Source: a virus (lineage: Duplodnaviria; Caudoviricetes). Taken from it: a stretch of 64,000 bases of DNA. Below, in pieces: positions 22,833 to 32,793 of this stretch. The notes under the pieces were generated by a model, which was given only the letters and a program-made list of their open reading frames with translations, ran no database searches and was not told the DNA's origin. Made by a program: the position numbers and the translations under genes. The DNA lies in IMG/VR virus record IMGVR_UViG_2710264778_000001, positions 128,001 through 192,000 of that record. One strand, 5' to 3'. How positions within the stretch are numbered: position 1 is the stretch's first letter; every line of letters begins with the position of its first letter.

Positions 22833-23675
22833 ATGAACAAAGAAGAATTAAAACAATTTAAAAATGTTAAAAACTCAGATGGAGGATATGTTTATGTATT
22901 ATTAGCTAATGATAATACAGTAAAAATTGGTATAACAGTACATCCAATTACAAGAGTTAGACAAATTGAAAATGCATCAGGAAAATCAATAAATGATTAT
23001 TGCATAAGTAATCCATGTTCAAATTATATGGAAATAGAAAAGGATATGCATAAAAAGTTCAAAAAATATAGATTAGAAGGAGAATGGTTTAATTGTTCCT
23101 TTCAAAAGGCAGAAGAACAACTTAAAAATTATAAAACAATAAAAATAAAAAACAAATCGGCATTAGATAGATGTGAGGAAGAATTTAAAGCAATTAGTTT
23201 TGTAAAGTCATATTTGGAAGAATTTAAATATAAAGAATATAATGAACTTTCATTTAAATATGATTTATCAAAATGGGATAATAATGTAGATGATGTTAAT
23301 AAAATTAAAAATATGATAGAAGAAAATATAAATTATAATATAAAAGAAACTGGAAATGATGCTGAAGACTTTAATCAATATTTATATAAATATAGAGAAA
23401 ATATAAAAAACAATATAAAGGTTAGGGAGTCCATTCAAGAGTATTGTATGGATTATATTAATGATTTACAAGAAGATTCTTTTGCAAAACAAATTTTAAT
23501 TGAAAATAAGGATTATGAATTATTTGTTAGAATATTAGGAATACAAGAAATAATAAGAAATTATATTGTGGAACAAATTGTAAATAAATTAATGAATAAT
23601 ATAATATTAGAATTTCCAGAAGAATATGAACAATTAATAAAGAAGTATCGCACCAGGATAGAAGGTGCTAAATAA
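22833..23675 (+). CDS. T5orf172-type GIY-YIG domain protein
   Basis: 'GYVYVL...VKIGIT...R...IEKDMHKKF...LEGEWF'. Confidence 0.8.
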   Translation: MNKEELKQFKNVKNSDGGYVYVLLANDNTVKIGITVHPITRVRQIENASGKSINDYCISNPCSNYMEIEKDMHKKFKKYRLEGEWFNCSFQKAEEQLKNYKTIKIKNKSALDRCEEEFKAISFVKSYLEEFKYKEYNELSFKYDLSKWDNNVDDVNKIKNMIEENINYNIKETGNDAEDFNQYLYKYRENIKNNIKVRESIQEYCMDYINDLQEDSFAKQILIENKDYELFVRILGIQEIIRNYIVEQIVNKLMNNIILEFPEEYEQLIKKYRTRIEGAK

Positions 23676-24805
23676 TGAATTTAGAAAATTTAGAATTAAA
23701 AACTTATAAAAACTATAAAGAATTATGTAATGTATTAGAGTGGAATGTTAGTGATGGAAACACAAAGAAAAAACAATTAAGGATATTGAGTGAAATATGT
23801 AATTATGAAAAACAAGGAAACAAATTTATTATAAAAGAAATATATGATAATAAGGAAGTGTGTATGGATATGAGAGGAAAGCAAGATAATAATACACCTA
23901 AATATGTTGAAAGTATTGAATTAAATATTATTGGCGAGTTACTTACTAAAGGTACTGATGGTAAATATGTTGTTGGTCGTGGTGTATTACTTAGAAATGT
24001 TGGTTTGACTAATACTAATTATTCTTATTGCAAAAGAAGACAAGATAAATTGGCATCATATCTAGAAATTAAAAAAGAAGTGGTTAATGATTATTATAAT
24101 TGTGTTGATTCTATGCTAGTAGGTAATTTAGAAAAGGCTCTAAAGAATCTATCTAATAGAAAATTGATTCAATTAAATAGTACATTATTAATTTGTAAGA
24201 ATGTTATTACAGATGTTACATATGAACATATAACTAAAATAGATGAGTTTGATGAAGAAATTGAAATAGTTAAACCAGTTGTTCAATCTGATGTTATTTA
24301 TACTCAAGCAACCGATGATGAAAGAAAATTAATACTTGCTACAGAAAGTAAAGTCCTTATTGAAATGGGATTTGAAAAATTAACTGATGTATTTTTAAGA
24401 AATAAATTAAAGGAATATTATAATAAATGTTATAAAGCAATTAGAAAGGAAATAAAAGATATTAATTTCTATTTTCAAGCTTATGATATAATATTTGATT
24501 TTAATATATTAGCAAATGAATTAGAAAAACGTGGTTACGATGATTGGAGTAAAGAATTAAAAGAACAACAACAAAATATAGTTAACTTCGGTGCTATGGA
24601 TAGAATAATATCAAATGCAGAAAAGAGACAAGAAAAAGCTACTCCTGATTTTGGAGAATTATTGAAAGATGATAAAAAGTACATAAGAACACAAGATTAT
24701 TATTTGATAAATTATAATCAATTAAACAATAGTGTAGTAAATGTATATGCAAAAAATATTAAGGATAAAGTTAAGAAAACTAAAAAGTTGGACGTTCAGA
24801 AATAA
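23675..24805 (+). CDS. Phage DNA-binding protein, possibly a replication initiator
   Basis: 376 aa; N-terminal 'KNYKELC..L' helical motif; followed by an inverted-repeat-rich origin-like region. Confidence 0.4.
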   Translation: MNLENLELKTYKNYKELCNVLEWNVSDGNTKKKQLRILSEICNYEKQGNKFIIKEIYDNKEVCMDMRGKQDNNTPKYVESIELNIIGELLTKGTDGKYVVGRGVLLRNVGLTNTNYSYCKRRQDKLASYLEIKKEVVNDYYNCVDSMLVGNLEKALKNLSNRKLIQLNSTLLICKNVITDVTYEHITKIDEFDEEIEIVKPVVQSDVIYTQATDDERKLILATESKVLIEMGFEKLTDVFLRNKLKEYYNKCYKAIRKEIKDINFYFQAYDIIFDFNILANELEKRGYDDWSKELKEQQQNIVNFGAMDRIISNAEKRQEKATPDFGELLKDDKKYIRTQDYYLINYNQLNNSVVNVYAKNIKDKVKKTKKLDVQK

Positions 24806-25040
24806 TTATATTAAGAAGTAATTTAATGCATTCTGAACGTCCAATAAAATATAATTAAGTTTATAATTTGGATTGTGAGGAACGAACAAGACAAAAAGCC
24901 TGTCATGGCTTCGGAATGACAACAACTGATAAGGCGTTAGTGGATAACACAACATTATGAGTTAACACAATAATATGGGGATAGGGAACAAGTCGGAAGC
25001 CGTAGTTTCCTCCTTTTGGAGTTCCCTCCCCAAACCCCAA
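24788..25040. other. Inverted-repeat-rich, GC-elevated origin-like or structured non-coding region
   Basis: Perfect 14-bp IR 24788-24801/24831-24844; GGGGATAGGGAAC..GTTCCCTCCCC stem. Confidence 0.45.
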
Positions 25041-25077
25041 CCTTTACCAACAATATTTTAATTTAACAAGTTATGGA

Positions 25078-25407
25078 GTGATTAAAATGAATATGAATAA
25101 AGAGGTTTCAGGTGTCTATATTATAAATAATGTTAGTAAAAATTCTGATAATGAATTATATATAAAAGTTGGATGTAGCAAACATTGTCTAAAGCGTTAC
25201 AAAGAAATACAAGCTAGTTACAGATTTAATGGAATAGATGATAAATTGGAATTAATTCAAATAATACCAGTAAAACAATATATGAAGCTTGAGAAACATA
25301 TACATATTTTATTAAATCATTTTCGCCAACTTGGAGAATATTTTAAGTTAAGTGAGAACAAGCTGAATGAGAAGTTATTTATGATAAACTTAGCAGATTA
25401 CAAATAA
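25078..25407 (+). CDS. Small T5orf172-type GIY-YIG protein
   Basis: 'GVYII...YIKVGCS...R...LEKHIH...GEYF'. Confidence 0.7.
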   Translation: MIKMNMNKEVSGVYIINNVSKNSDNELYIKVGCSKHCLKRYKEIQASYRFNGIDDKLELIQIIPVKQYMKLEKHIHILLNHFRQLGEYFKLSENKLNEKLFMINLADYK

Positions 25408-25610
25408 AATATAAATAAGTTGTATAAGATTAAGGATTAATTTCTTTAGTCTTATATAATTAAATGAAAATTAATATCTGCTTAAAATTATAGATTTAAG
25501 TTAAAGTTACTTCAATAAAGCCTATTAATTAGTAGGTTTTTAGAACTAACTAAGTGAGTATGTTAGCTAGATACTCATAGAAAATATATAACAGAAAGGA
25601 ATGATTTATA

Positions 25611-25922
25611 ATGGCAAATATATTAAAAGTATCATTAGAAAATAATGGATTTAACCAAAAAGTTGAAGTAAAATCAATTTCAGTTGAGTTAGATGCAGAT
25701 ATTACAGTAGCAGAAATAAATAATTATTTACCTAACAATGGTACAAGATTTAACACAGTTGATTATATAAGTTTAATTCCAAGTAACAGTAAAGCTACAA
25801 TATTAACCCCTAATACAATGTTTGTATGTGTTTTTCTTTCAGAAACAGGAACTAAAAATAGCGAAACTGGATATTTAGAAGGTACATGGAAATGCTTAGG
25901 TAAGAGAACTTATTTATCTTAA
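25611..25922 (+). CDS. Hypothetical virion protein
   Basis: ORF with RBS leading the second fibre cluster. Confidence 0.5.
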   Translation: MANILKVSLENNGFNQKVEVKSISVELDADITVAEINNYLPNNGTRFNTVDYISLIPSNSKATILTPNTMFVCVFLSETGTKNSETGYLEGTWKCLGKRTYLS

Positions 25923-25940
25923 AGAAAGGAGTGATAATAT

Positions 25941-28900
25941 ATGGTATCAATGGATGGACTTATGGCTTGGGTTCTTGCGAATGGATATACGGATGAAGTA
26001 GGTAGTGGTATATCTGGATTGAATCCAACTCCTACAGGTTTTGAATTAATAACAACAAGTGGTACGACTTTACCATTTACAATTCCAAATCTACATACAC
26101 ATAGTAATCTGAATAATATTTTAGAAAAACTTAGTTTAGATGTTAATAATAAATTATTGTTTGATGGTCAACCTATAGGGAATGGAGGAGATTTTAGCAA
26201 TTATGCATTAAAAAATGGTGATGTAAATAATGATTTTTTAGCCAACAATGTAACTGTAAAAGGCAATATCATGCCTTCAGCAAATGGCACTCAAAGTATT
26301 GGTTCACCAACTAATAGGTTCAAAGAAATATATGTTAATGAAGCAAAACTAAGTGTTAATACTTTGTATCTTGGAGATACACCTGTAATGGGAACAAATC
26401 AAGACACAATTGTAATTAAAGGTGATAAAGATCAAAGTATAGCAGTAAAAACAACTGGGATAGGAACAACGAATCTTATATCTGAGGGGAATGTAACATT
26501 ATCTACTTCTGGTATGAATGCTAATGTTAATGTTCAAGCAACTGGACAAGGAGCTAATGCCAATTTAAGTGCTACAAATCAAGTTAATCTAAATGCTCCA
26601 AACATAAATATCCAAGGAACTTCAACAGAAGTTAAGGGTGCTATGGCCGTTGATAGTCTTACTATTCGTGGAGATGTAACAATTAATGGTGGAGCAACCA
26701 CAATTCAATCTACAATAGTACCGGTTGAAGATAATATAATCGAACTTAATAAAGGTGAAGTTGGCTATGGTGTTACTGCTGGTAGAGCAGGTCTTAAAAT
26801 TGATAGAGGAGATGCTGATGATTATTTAATTATATTTGATGAAACAGATAATGACTCTTTAAAAATCGGAACAGATAGTGTTTTAAAAAAAGTTGCAACA
26901 GAGAATTATGTAGACAATAAAATTCCAACTATAACATCAAAAGCTGATAAAGTATTAAATTCAGTTAGTGGAGATATTGCTACTCTTGACACGAATGGAA
27001 ATTTAGTAGATAGCGGTAAAAAGATATCAGATTTAGTGCTTAATACTACTACTATTAATGGTAAAACTTTAAATTCAAATATAACATTAAATAAATCTGA
27101 TATTGGTTTAGGAAATGTTCCCAATATTGACACTACTAATGCTTCAAGCATTACAAATGGTACATTACCTCCAGCACAATTACCTGTAGCAACAAGTACA
27201 ACTATAGGTGGCGTTAAAGCTGGTACAAATATAACAATATCAGCAGATGGAACTATAAGCTCTACGGCAAATGGAAGTAATAATATAAATGATAATTTAA
27301 CTACATCTACTTCGAATACTTATTCAATAGATAAAATAGTATCATTATTAGCTAATAAACAAAATAAAATAATAGTATCAACTACAAAACCAACTGATTT
27401 AACTATAAATAATTTTTGGTTAGATATTTCTTCCAACACATCTTATAAATTATTAAGAAGTAATGGAACAGATTATATACAAATAGGAAGTTCATCAGGC
27501 ACAGATAATCAATTTGAAGTAGTAAGTACATTGCCAACAGAAAATATAAATACAAATAAAATGTATTTATTATCTAGTGATAATTCTATCAATGTTTATA
27601 ATGGAACTACATGGAACAATTATGGTGGAACTAATGCAGGTGGAGGATTGACACCAGAGCAAGAAACTCAAATATCAAATATACAATATAAACAAAATAT
27701 TTCAGATAATAATTTAACCACTCCAATAAAGCAAATTACACCAGCAATAAACTATTTAAATAGTTCATTAGAGACTGCAAAAACAGATATAAATTCAAAA
27801 GCAAGTGCTGATAATGTTGTTAATAATTCAACTTTTAATAGTCATGTTGATAGCAGGAATCCTCATCAAACTAAAATATCAAATCTTGCAGATGTACAAG
27901 TTAGTACTTTATTAGATGGGCAATCCATCATATATGATGCTACAAATAGTATTTTTAAAAATGCAACAATTAGTGGGACTACTGATGAAAAAGTAAAGTT
28001 AACAGCAAGTAGTACTAGTTCAGATTATTTAAGTAATCTAATTGATAATACAACCATACAGATAGCTAATAATAAAATAGTTGCAAAAACACTAGATGGA
28101 TTAAATGTAACATTATCAGAGCTAAATAATATCAGTGGATTAAATGAAAATATTATGACTAAGTTTTCAAACTTTGCAAATGGTGGAGTTCAAGTGTATA
28201 ATGGAGTATTTAGTTCGTATGCTAATTTATTAGCGTTTAATTTTTCAACATTAACTAGCGGAAAAACATATTTAATGTATGTTTCTTCAGATGAAAATCA
28301 TAGCAATAATGGAACAACTTATATGTGTAATAATACTACAAATAATAGTACTCAATTGCCTTATTATTGTGGTTTATCAAGTGCAACACAGAGAGATTTA
28401 ACAGTTAATAAAGTTAGTCTTACAACTGAGGTAAAAAATATTTTACCACAAGCTAATATGGATTTAACTGGAATTGCTAAAACAACGGATTTAAATGCAT
28501 ATATGAAAACAAGTGATTATACGGGAACAGGGACAACATCTGTAAATGTAGCAAAGGCATTACAAGGAATGGCAAGTACAATATCTCAAGTTGATAATTC
28601 AGTAAATTTAAGTCATTCTCATCCAAATAAATCATATATAGATAAATTAGGAGAAGATGCAAATGGAAAACCTACCTATAATGGGAGTCCAATAGGTTCA
28701 AGTACAATTAACTCAGATACTATGTTAATGTCTGTATATGATCCAAACAAAGATGGCTCAGTTTCAATGTCAGATAAGTTATCTAGTGAATTAACTGCAA
28801 GTAATGGAACTGTATATTATAAGAATAATAGTGGAGTCGTAGGATGGTTTCAGCCACCAATAACACCTCCAGAAACCTCTTCTATTAGACAATTAGAATT

Positions 28901-29207
28901 CCAGAACCTGACAACTAATATTCCACAAATCCAAGATTTTTACCCTGCACTAACTGATATAAAAGGCATCACTCAAATATATGAATTTATAGGTGGCACA
29001 TCTTTAACAGGATTAGTTGCAGACTTTACAAACATACTAACTATAAATAAAACTGATAATACAATAACTACATCTAATGGATTAAAGATTCAAGATAATT
29101 TTAATTATACACTAACAATAACTGATAATACTACATATGTAGTAAAAGAATCACAGATGATAGATGTAAATCAATATATAAATATATCATCTATTTCAAA
29201 TAGCTAG
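25941..29207 (+). CDS. Tail fibre-like protein
   Basis: 'HTHSN', 'DIGLGNVPN', 'ATSTTIGGVKAG' fibre motifs; shares a 51-bp segment with 17796-20633. Confidence 0.65.
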   Translation: MVSMDGLMAWVLANGYTDEVGSGISGLNPTPTGFELITTSGTTLPFTIPNLHTHSNLNNILEKLSLDVNNKLLFDGQPIGNGGDFSNYALKNGDVNNDFLANNVTVKGNIMPSANGTQSIGSPTNRFKEIYVNEAKLSVNTLYLGDTPVMGTNQDTIVIKGDKDQSIAVKTTGIGTTNLISEGNVTLSTSGMNANVNVQATGQGANANLSATNQVNLNAPNINIQGTSTEVKGAMAVDSLTIRGDVTINGGATTIQSTIVPVEDNIIELNKGEVGYGVTAGRAGLKIDRGDADDYLIIFDETDNDSLKIGTDSVLKKVATENYVDNKIPTITSKADKVLNSVSGDIATLDTNGNLVDSGKKISDLVLNTTTINGKTLNSNITLNKSDIGLGNVPNIDTTNASSITNGTLPPAQLPVATSTTIGGVKAGTNITISADGTISSTANGSNNINDNLTTSTSNTYSIDKIVSLLANKQNKIIVSTTKPTDLTINNFWLDISSNTSYKLLRSNGTDYIQIGSSSGTDNQFEVVSTLPTENINTNKMYLLSSDNSINVYNGTTWNNYGGTNAGGGLTPEQETQISNIQYKQNISDNNLTTPIKQITPAINYLNSSLETAKTDINSKASADNVVNNSTFNSHVDSRNPHQTKISNLADVQVSTLLDGQSIIYDATNSIFKNATISGTTDEKVKLTASSTSSDYLSNLIDNTTIQIANNKIVAKTLDGLNVTLSELNNISGLNENIMTKFSNFANGGVQVYNGVFSSYANLLAFNFSTLTSGKTYLMYVSSDENHSNNGTTYMCNNTTNNSTQLPYYCGLSSATQRDLTVNKVSLTTEVKNILPQANMDLTGIAKTTDLNAYMKTSDYTGTGTTSVNVAKALQGMASTISQVDNSVNLSHSHPNKSYIDKLGEDANGKPTYNGSPIGSSTINSDTMLMSVYDPNKDGSVSMSDKLSSELTASNGTVYYKNNSGVVGWFQPPITPPETSSIRQLEFQNLTTNIPQIQDFYPALTDIKGITQIYEFIGGTSLTGLVADFTNILTINKTDNTITTSNGLKIQDNFNYTLTITDNTTYVVKESQMIDVNQYINISSISNS
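27321..27371 (+). repeat. 51-bp exact direct repeat, copy 2
   Basis: Identical to 18705-18755. Confidence 0.9.
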
Positions 29208-29220
29208 GAGGTAAAATAAG

Positions 29221-30420
29221 ATGGCAGGAAGTGCAAAACCGTCAGTAGCAGGATTAGGAAGTCAAGCACAATATACAGTAATAGGAGTTGTTGGTTCACA
29301 AGGAAGTGGTGGTACAGTTTCAAATTGTGGTTTATTCGATGGAACAACAGTTAATGAGTGGAATACATCTCATGTAATGTATTGGAGTGGAAGTAGTACT
29401 TATTTAGAAATCAATATAATATCAAGCAAAGTTAATATATGGAGATGTGGGACTACATCATGGATTGGAAGTAAAGCGCCTCTTCAAATTTTACAATGGA
29501 ATGGGTCTGCATATATTGATGTAACAACGACATATGCTCAAACATTAAATTCAATAACAGAAACGCAATGGGAGAAAACTATAGCAAATTTACCATCTGG
29601 CAGATATAAATTTGTTGGCGTGAATGCTAGATTAGATAGTGAATGGTATATTGAATCAGTTGAATCAAAATATTTAATAAATTCAAGTATTGATAATAAA
29701 TTATATACAATAGCATCTGGAGCAATAGTTCAAACATCAGCTACAACAACTTCTGATAAATTTATTGCTGGATTCTCAATTAATGATTTAACATCTACTA
29801 TATTAACGTCAAACACATTAAAATCATTAAGCCCCTTTAAACTTATCAGTTTTAATACCACTAATGATGCTTATACAAAAATATCAGTAAATGCCACGAC
29901 TACAATATCAGAATTAATAGTATTAAATCAAAGTATTAATACTAAATTAGCTACATCTATAACAAAATATTTTACTGATAAAACATTAAGTGGTAATGGG
30001 AATATTAAAGTCGTTGTAAGTAATGATGATATGCTGACTTGGAAAACTTGGAATGGCACATCATGGATATCTTTAACTAATACAATAGTTAATAAATCAT
30101 ATACAAGTATGTCAACGACTGAGAAAACTCAATGGGATACATTTAAAAATGAAATAGCTAGTGTGGGAATGACCGATACAATATTACAAAGTGCTGATTT
30201 TAATCAATTTATAGGTCAGAATTTGAGATTTGCTTTTGTATTAATAAAACCAACTTATAATGATACAGCAGTTTTAAAAGATTTACAGTGGAATTACATA
30301 GGAAAAGATAATTATGTATTACTAAACAATAGTGATGTTAAAGTTAGTTTAAATGAAGACTTTATACAATTAACACCAACAAGAAATATAACAAAAGTCA
30401 AAGCCAATATAATTACTTAG
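29221..30420 (+). CDS. Putative virion adhesin/fibre-associated protein
   Basis: Beta-rich; 'VSNDDMLTWKTWNGTSW' clostridial phage motif. Confidence 0.5.
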   Translation: MAGSAKPSVAGLGSQAQYTVIGVVGSQGSGGTVSNCGLFDGTTVNEWNTSHVMYWSGSSTYLEINIISSKVNIWRCGTTSWIGSKAPLQILQWNGSAYIDVTTTYAQTLNSITETQWEKTIANLPSGRYKFVGVNARLDSEWYIESVESKYLINSSIDNKLYTIASGAIVQTSATTTSDKFIAGFSINDLTSTILTSNTLKSLSPFKLISFNTTNDAYTKISVNATTTISELIVLNQSINTKLATSITKYFTDKTLSGNGNIKVVVSNDDMLTWKTWNGTSWISLTNTIVNKSYTSMSTTEKTQWDTFKNEIASVGMTDTILQSADFNQFIGQNLRFAFVLIKPTYNDTAVLKDLQWNYIGKDNYVLLNNSDVKVSLNEDFIQLTPTRNITKVKANIIT

Positions 30421-30434
30421 TGAGGTGATAATTA

Positions 30435-30767
30435 ATGTTGAAAATTGAAAATTGTACAAGTATTAATATGCCTAGTAATATTTATAAAAGTTATGAGGTG
30501 ATTGTTATTTCAGATATAGTTAAAACCGATGAAGGGTATACATATACAAAAAATTTTTATAATCCAATTGAATATAAGGATATTGAGGAACAATTAAGAC
30601 AAGAAAAAGATAATAGAATTAGTGATTTAGAAGATAAGAATAATAAATTAAACGAAACAATTAATAATTTAAGTCAGCTTACAGACACTTATAGTCAAAC
30701 TATTGATTTATTAATGTTTGATATATTACCTAATATTGTAACGACAGAAACAAATACAACAGAATAA
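30435..30767 (+). CDS. Fibre-associated chaperone-like protein
   Basis: Small coiled-coil ORF after the fibre genes. Confidence 0.45.
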   Translation: MLKIENCTSINMPSNIYKSYEVIVISDIVKTDEGYTYTKNFYNPIEYKDIEEQLRQEKDNRISDLEDKNNKLNETINNLSQLTDTYSQTIDLLMFDILPNIVTTETNTTE

Positions 30768-30783
30768 ATGGAGGTGAAAGGAG

Positions 30784-30972
30784 GTGGAAAACCATATGAG
30801 TACATTTATAGCATTACAAATTATGAAAGCTTATGATACTAATGGACTAGAAGCTGGACAAGCTAAATATAGGGGATATTTTATATCAACTAAATTATAT
30901 TTAGCATATAAAGCAGATTGCGACACAATCTTAACTACAGACGGATATAGTCAAGTCATTGTAACAGTTTAA
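30784..30972 (+). CDS. Small tail-module protein (XkdX-like position)
   Basis: ORF with RBS at the end of the fibre cluster. Confidence 0.4.
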   Translation: MENHMSTFIALQIMKAYDTNGLEAGQAKYRGYFISTKLYLAYKADCDTILTTDGYSQVIVTV

Positions 30973-31002
30973 AAACAATATATATTTATAAATGACTAAT
31001 GA

Positions 31003-31049
31003 AATAGAGTAATTAGTAATAAGAAATTAAAACTAATTACTCTATTTTT
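31003..31049 (+). terminator. Terminator hairpin ending the tail cluster
   Basis: AATAGAGTAATTAGT/ACTAATTACTCTATT followed by a T-run. Confidence 0.7.
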
Positions 31050-31460
31050 ACCTTAAATAACAATAAAAAATGATGGTTGAAAAATCTTCTATTGCCAATA
31101 TAATCTTAACATATGTTCGTATAAATTGTAAATATAAAAATAAGGAAGTGAAATTAAATTCTACTTCCCTACTTTGGTGTATTATGTGTATATCGTATCT
31201 AAACGGATATAAAAATAATTATAACATAATATCAGTTGTTTGTAAATATAGCTGAAATTTTATTTTGGATTTGAAAAGGTGTTTGGATTATAAAATACTA
31301 GCCTTTAATAAAAGTTTCATCGATATTTTTAACACAAAGGATTTTGGTCAGACAAAGTCAAAGTTAAGTTAAAAGAAAGATTTTATAAGAACATGAATGG
31401 CTCTATATCTGGGTTCGTGAAATTGAAATTCATAAAAATAAGTAGGATTCTCTCCTACTT

Positions 31461-31691
31461 TTAATATTCACGCAATCTTTTTAAAAAACGTTTCATTATT
31501 TCGTCATCATATAGTAGTTCTACTAGTATGTCTAGACATTTTGTACGTGGAACTTTAAGATCAGTATACATTTGTTTGAAGTCTTTATAATAATCTTCGC
31601 GAATTGATGTATAAATATCTACTCTATTGTATTCAAGGTAATCTTTATCTTTATAATATTTGTCTTTATATGTAAAACCCATAATATTCAC
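31461..31691 (-). CDS. Small putative DNA-binding protein
   Basis: 76-aa ORF with AAGGA RBS-like sequence; RHH-like C-terminus. Confidence 0.4.
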   Translation of the reverse strand: MNIMGFTYKDKYYKDKDYLEYNRVDIYTSIREDYYKDFKQMYTDLKVPRTKCLDILVELLYDDEIMKRFLKRLREY

Positions 31692-31991
31692 TCCTTATAT
31701 ACATAATTATAACATATGTTAATAATATGGACAACATATTTGTAATAAATAATGTTTAAGCGAAAATATGTCTTACATATGTTAATAGTATAAAAGTTAT
31801 GTAATGCAAGTGATTTAAACAGGTTAAAGACATATGTTTATAAATTATAGAATCTTTGAAGAATAAATATACAAAATATATGAATATTAATACATAATAA
31901 AATTGAATATATGCATGGCTATATATGGAGTTTGTAATTGTACAGGCTCTTTTTATTATATAAAAATTTAGAATCAGAAAGGAATGATGAT

Positions 31992-32504
31992 ATGGGAAAA
32001 TACTCAAGTAAAAAGGTTAATGATCCACAATGGGGAGAGTTCGATAGCACTACTGAACATAAATTTTGGCTTGAATTATTAAAACAACAAGAAAAAGGAG
32101 AGATAGCTAATTTAGAAAGACAAAAACCATTTTTATTAGTACCAGCCTTTAAAGATTCCCACTACGAAAATAAAGCAATTCGTAAAATGGAATATGTCTC
32201 AGATATGAGTTTTATCAGAGATGGTCAACTAGTCGTTGTTGATGTAAAAGGCAGTTTATATAATATTACAAATGAATCCAAGGTAAAGATAAAAATGTTT
32301 AAATATCTAAATCAAGATATTAGGTTTGAATTGATTGTTACATATGATGGTAGATGGTTCAATTTAGAAGATAAAATTCAAAAGAAAGAGTACACAGAAT
32401 TAATTAAACAGAAAAAACTTGAAAAGAAAGCCAAGAAAGAAGCTAGAGAAAAAGCAAAGTCTGAAAAGCTAACTACTAAGAAAAAGAGTGTTAAAAGGAA
32501 ATAA
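31992..32504 (+). CDS. DUF1064-family PD-(D/E)XK nuclease-like protein
   Basis: 'FDSTTE...LERQKPFLL...EYVSD...VVDVKG'. Confidence 0.75.
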   Translation: MGKYSSKKVNDPQWGEFDSTTEHKFWLELLKQQEKGEIANLERQKPFLLVPAFKDSHYENKAIRKMEYVSDMSFIRDGQLVVVDVKGSLYNITNESKVKIKMFKYLNQDIRFELIVTYDGRWFNLEDKIQKKEYTELIKQKKLEKKAKKEAREKAKSEKLTTKKKSVKRK

Positions 32505-32525
32505 ATTATGATGGGGTGAATTGAG

Positions 32526-32723
32526 ATGAACGAAAACTTTGATTTAAATGAATATGCTTATGTCTGCTATTCAGTAAATTTATATAATCAATTTAAAAAC
32601 AATCATATTAGGTATTTTATTAAAGGTAAAAATGAAGTGTCTAATAAAACATTTTGGATTTATCCAAAGACAGAACAAGTAAAAAAGATATTAATAAAAT
32701 GGACAGATGGAGTTGGTAAGTAA
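32526..32723 (+). CDS. Small hypothetical phage protein
   Basis: ORF with RBS. Confidence 0.55.
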   Translation: MNENFDLNEYAYVCYSVNLYNQFKNNHIRYFIKGKNEVSNKTFWIYPKTEQVKKILIKWTDGVGK

Positions 32724-32793
32724 TTTATCAGCTCTTTTATTATGTTCAATTTTATGTTTATAAAAATAGTTTATAGAAAGAAGGAATTTAGAA

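Noticed and set aside
11662-30420. Diversity-generating retroelement acting on tail genes
   Set aside because: No reverse transcriptase in the window; the only repeat pair found (51 bp) is exact, with no adenine-specific mismatches
31070-31255. ORF 31070-31255, also 31756-32007
   Set aside because: No RBS, low-complexity translation; probably non-coding regulatory DNA
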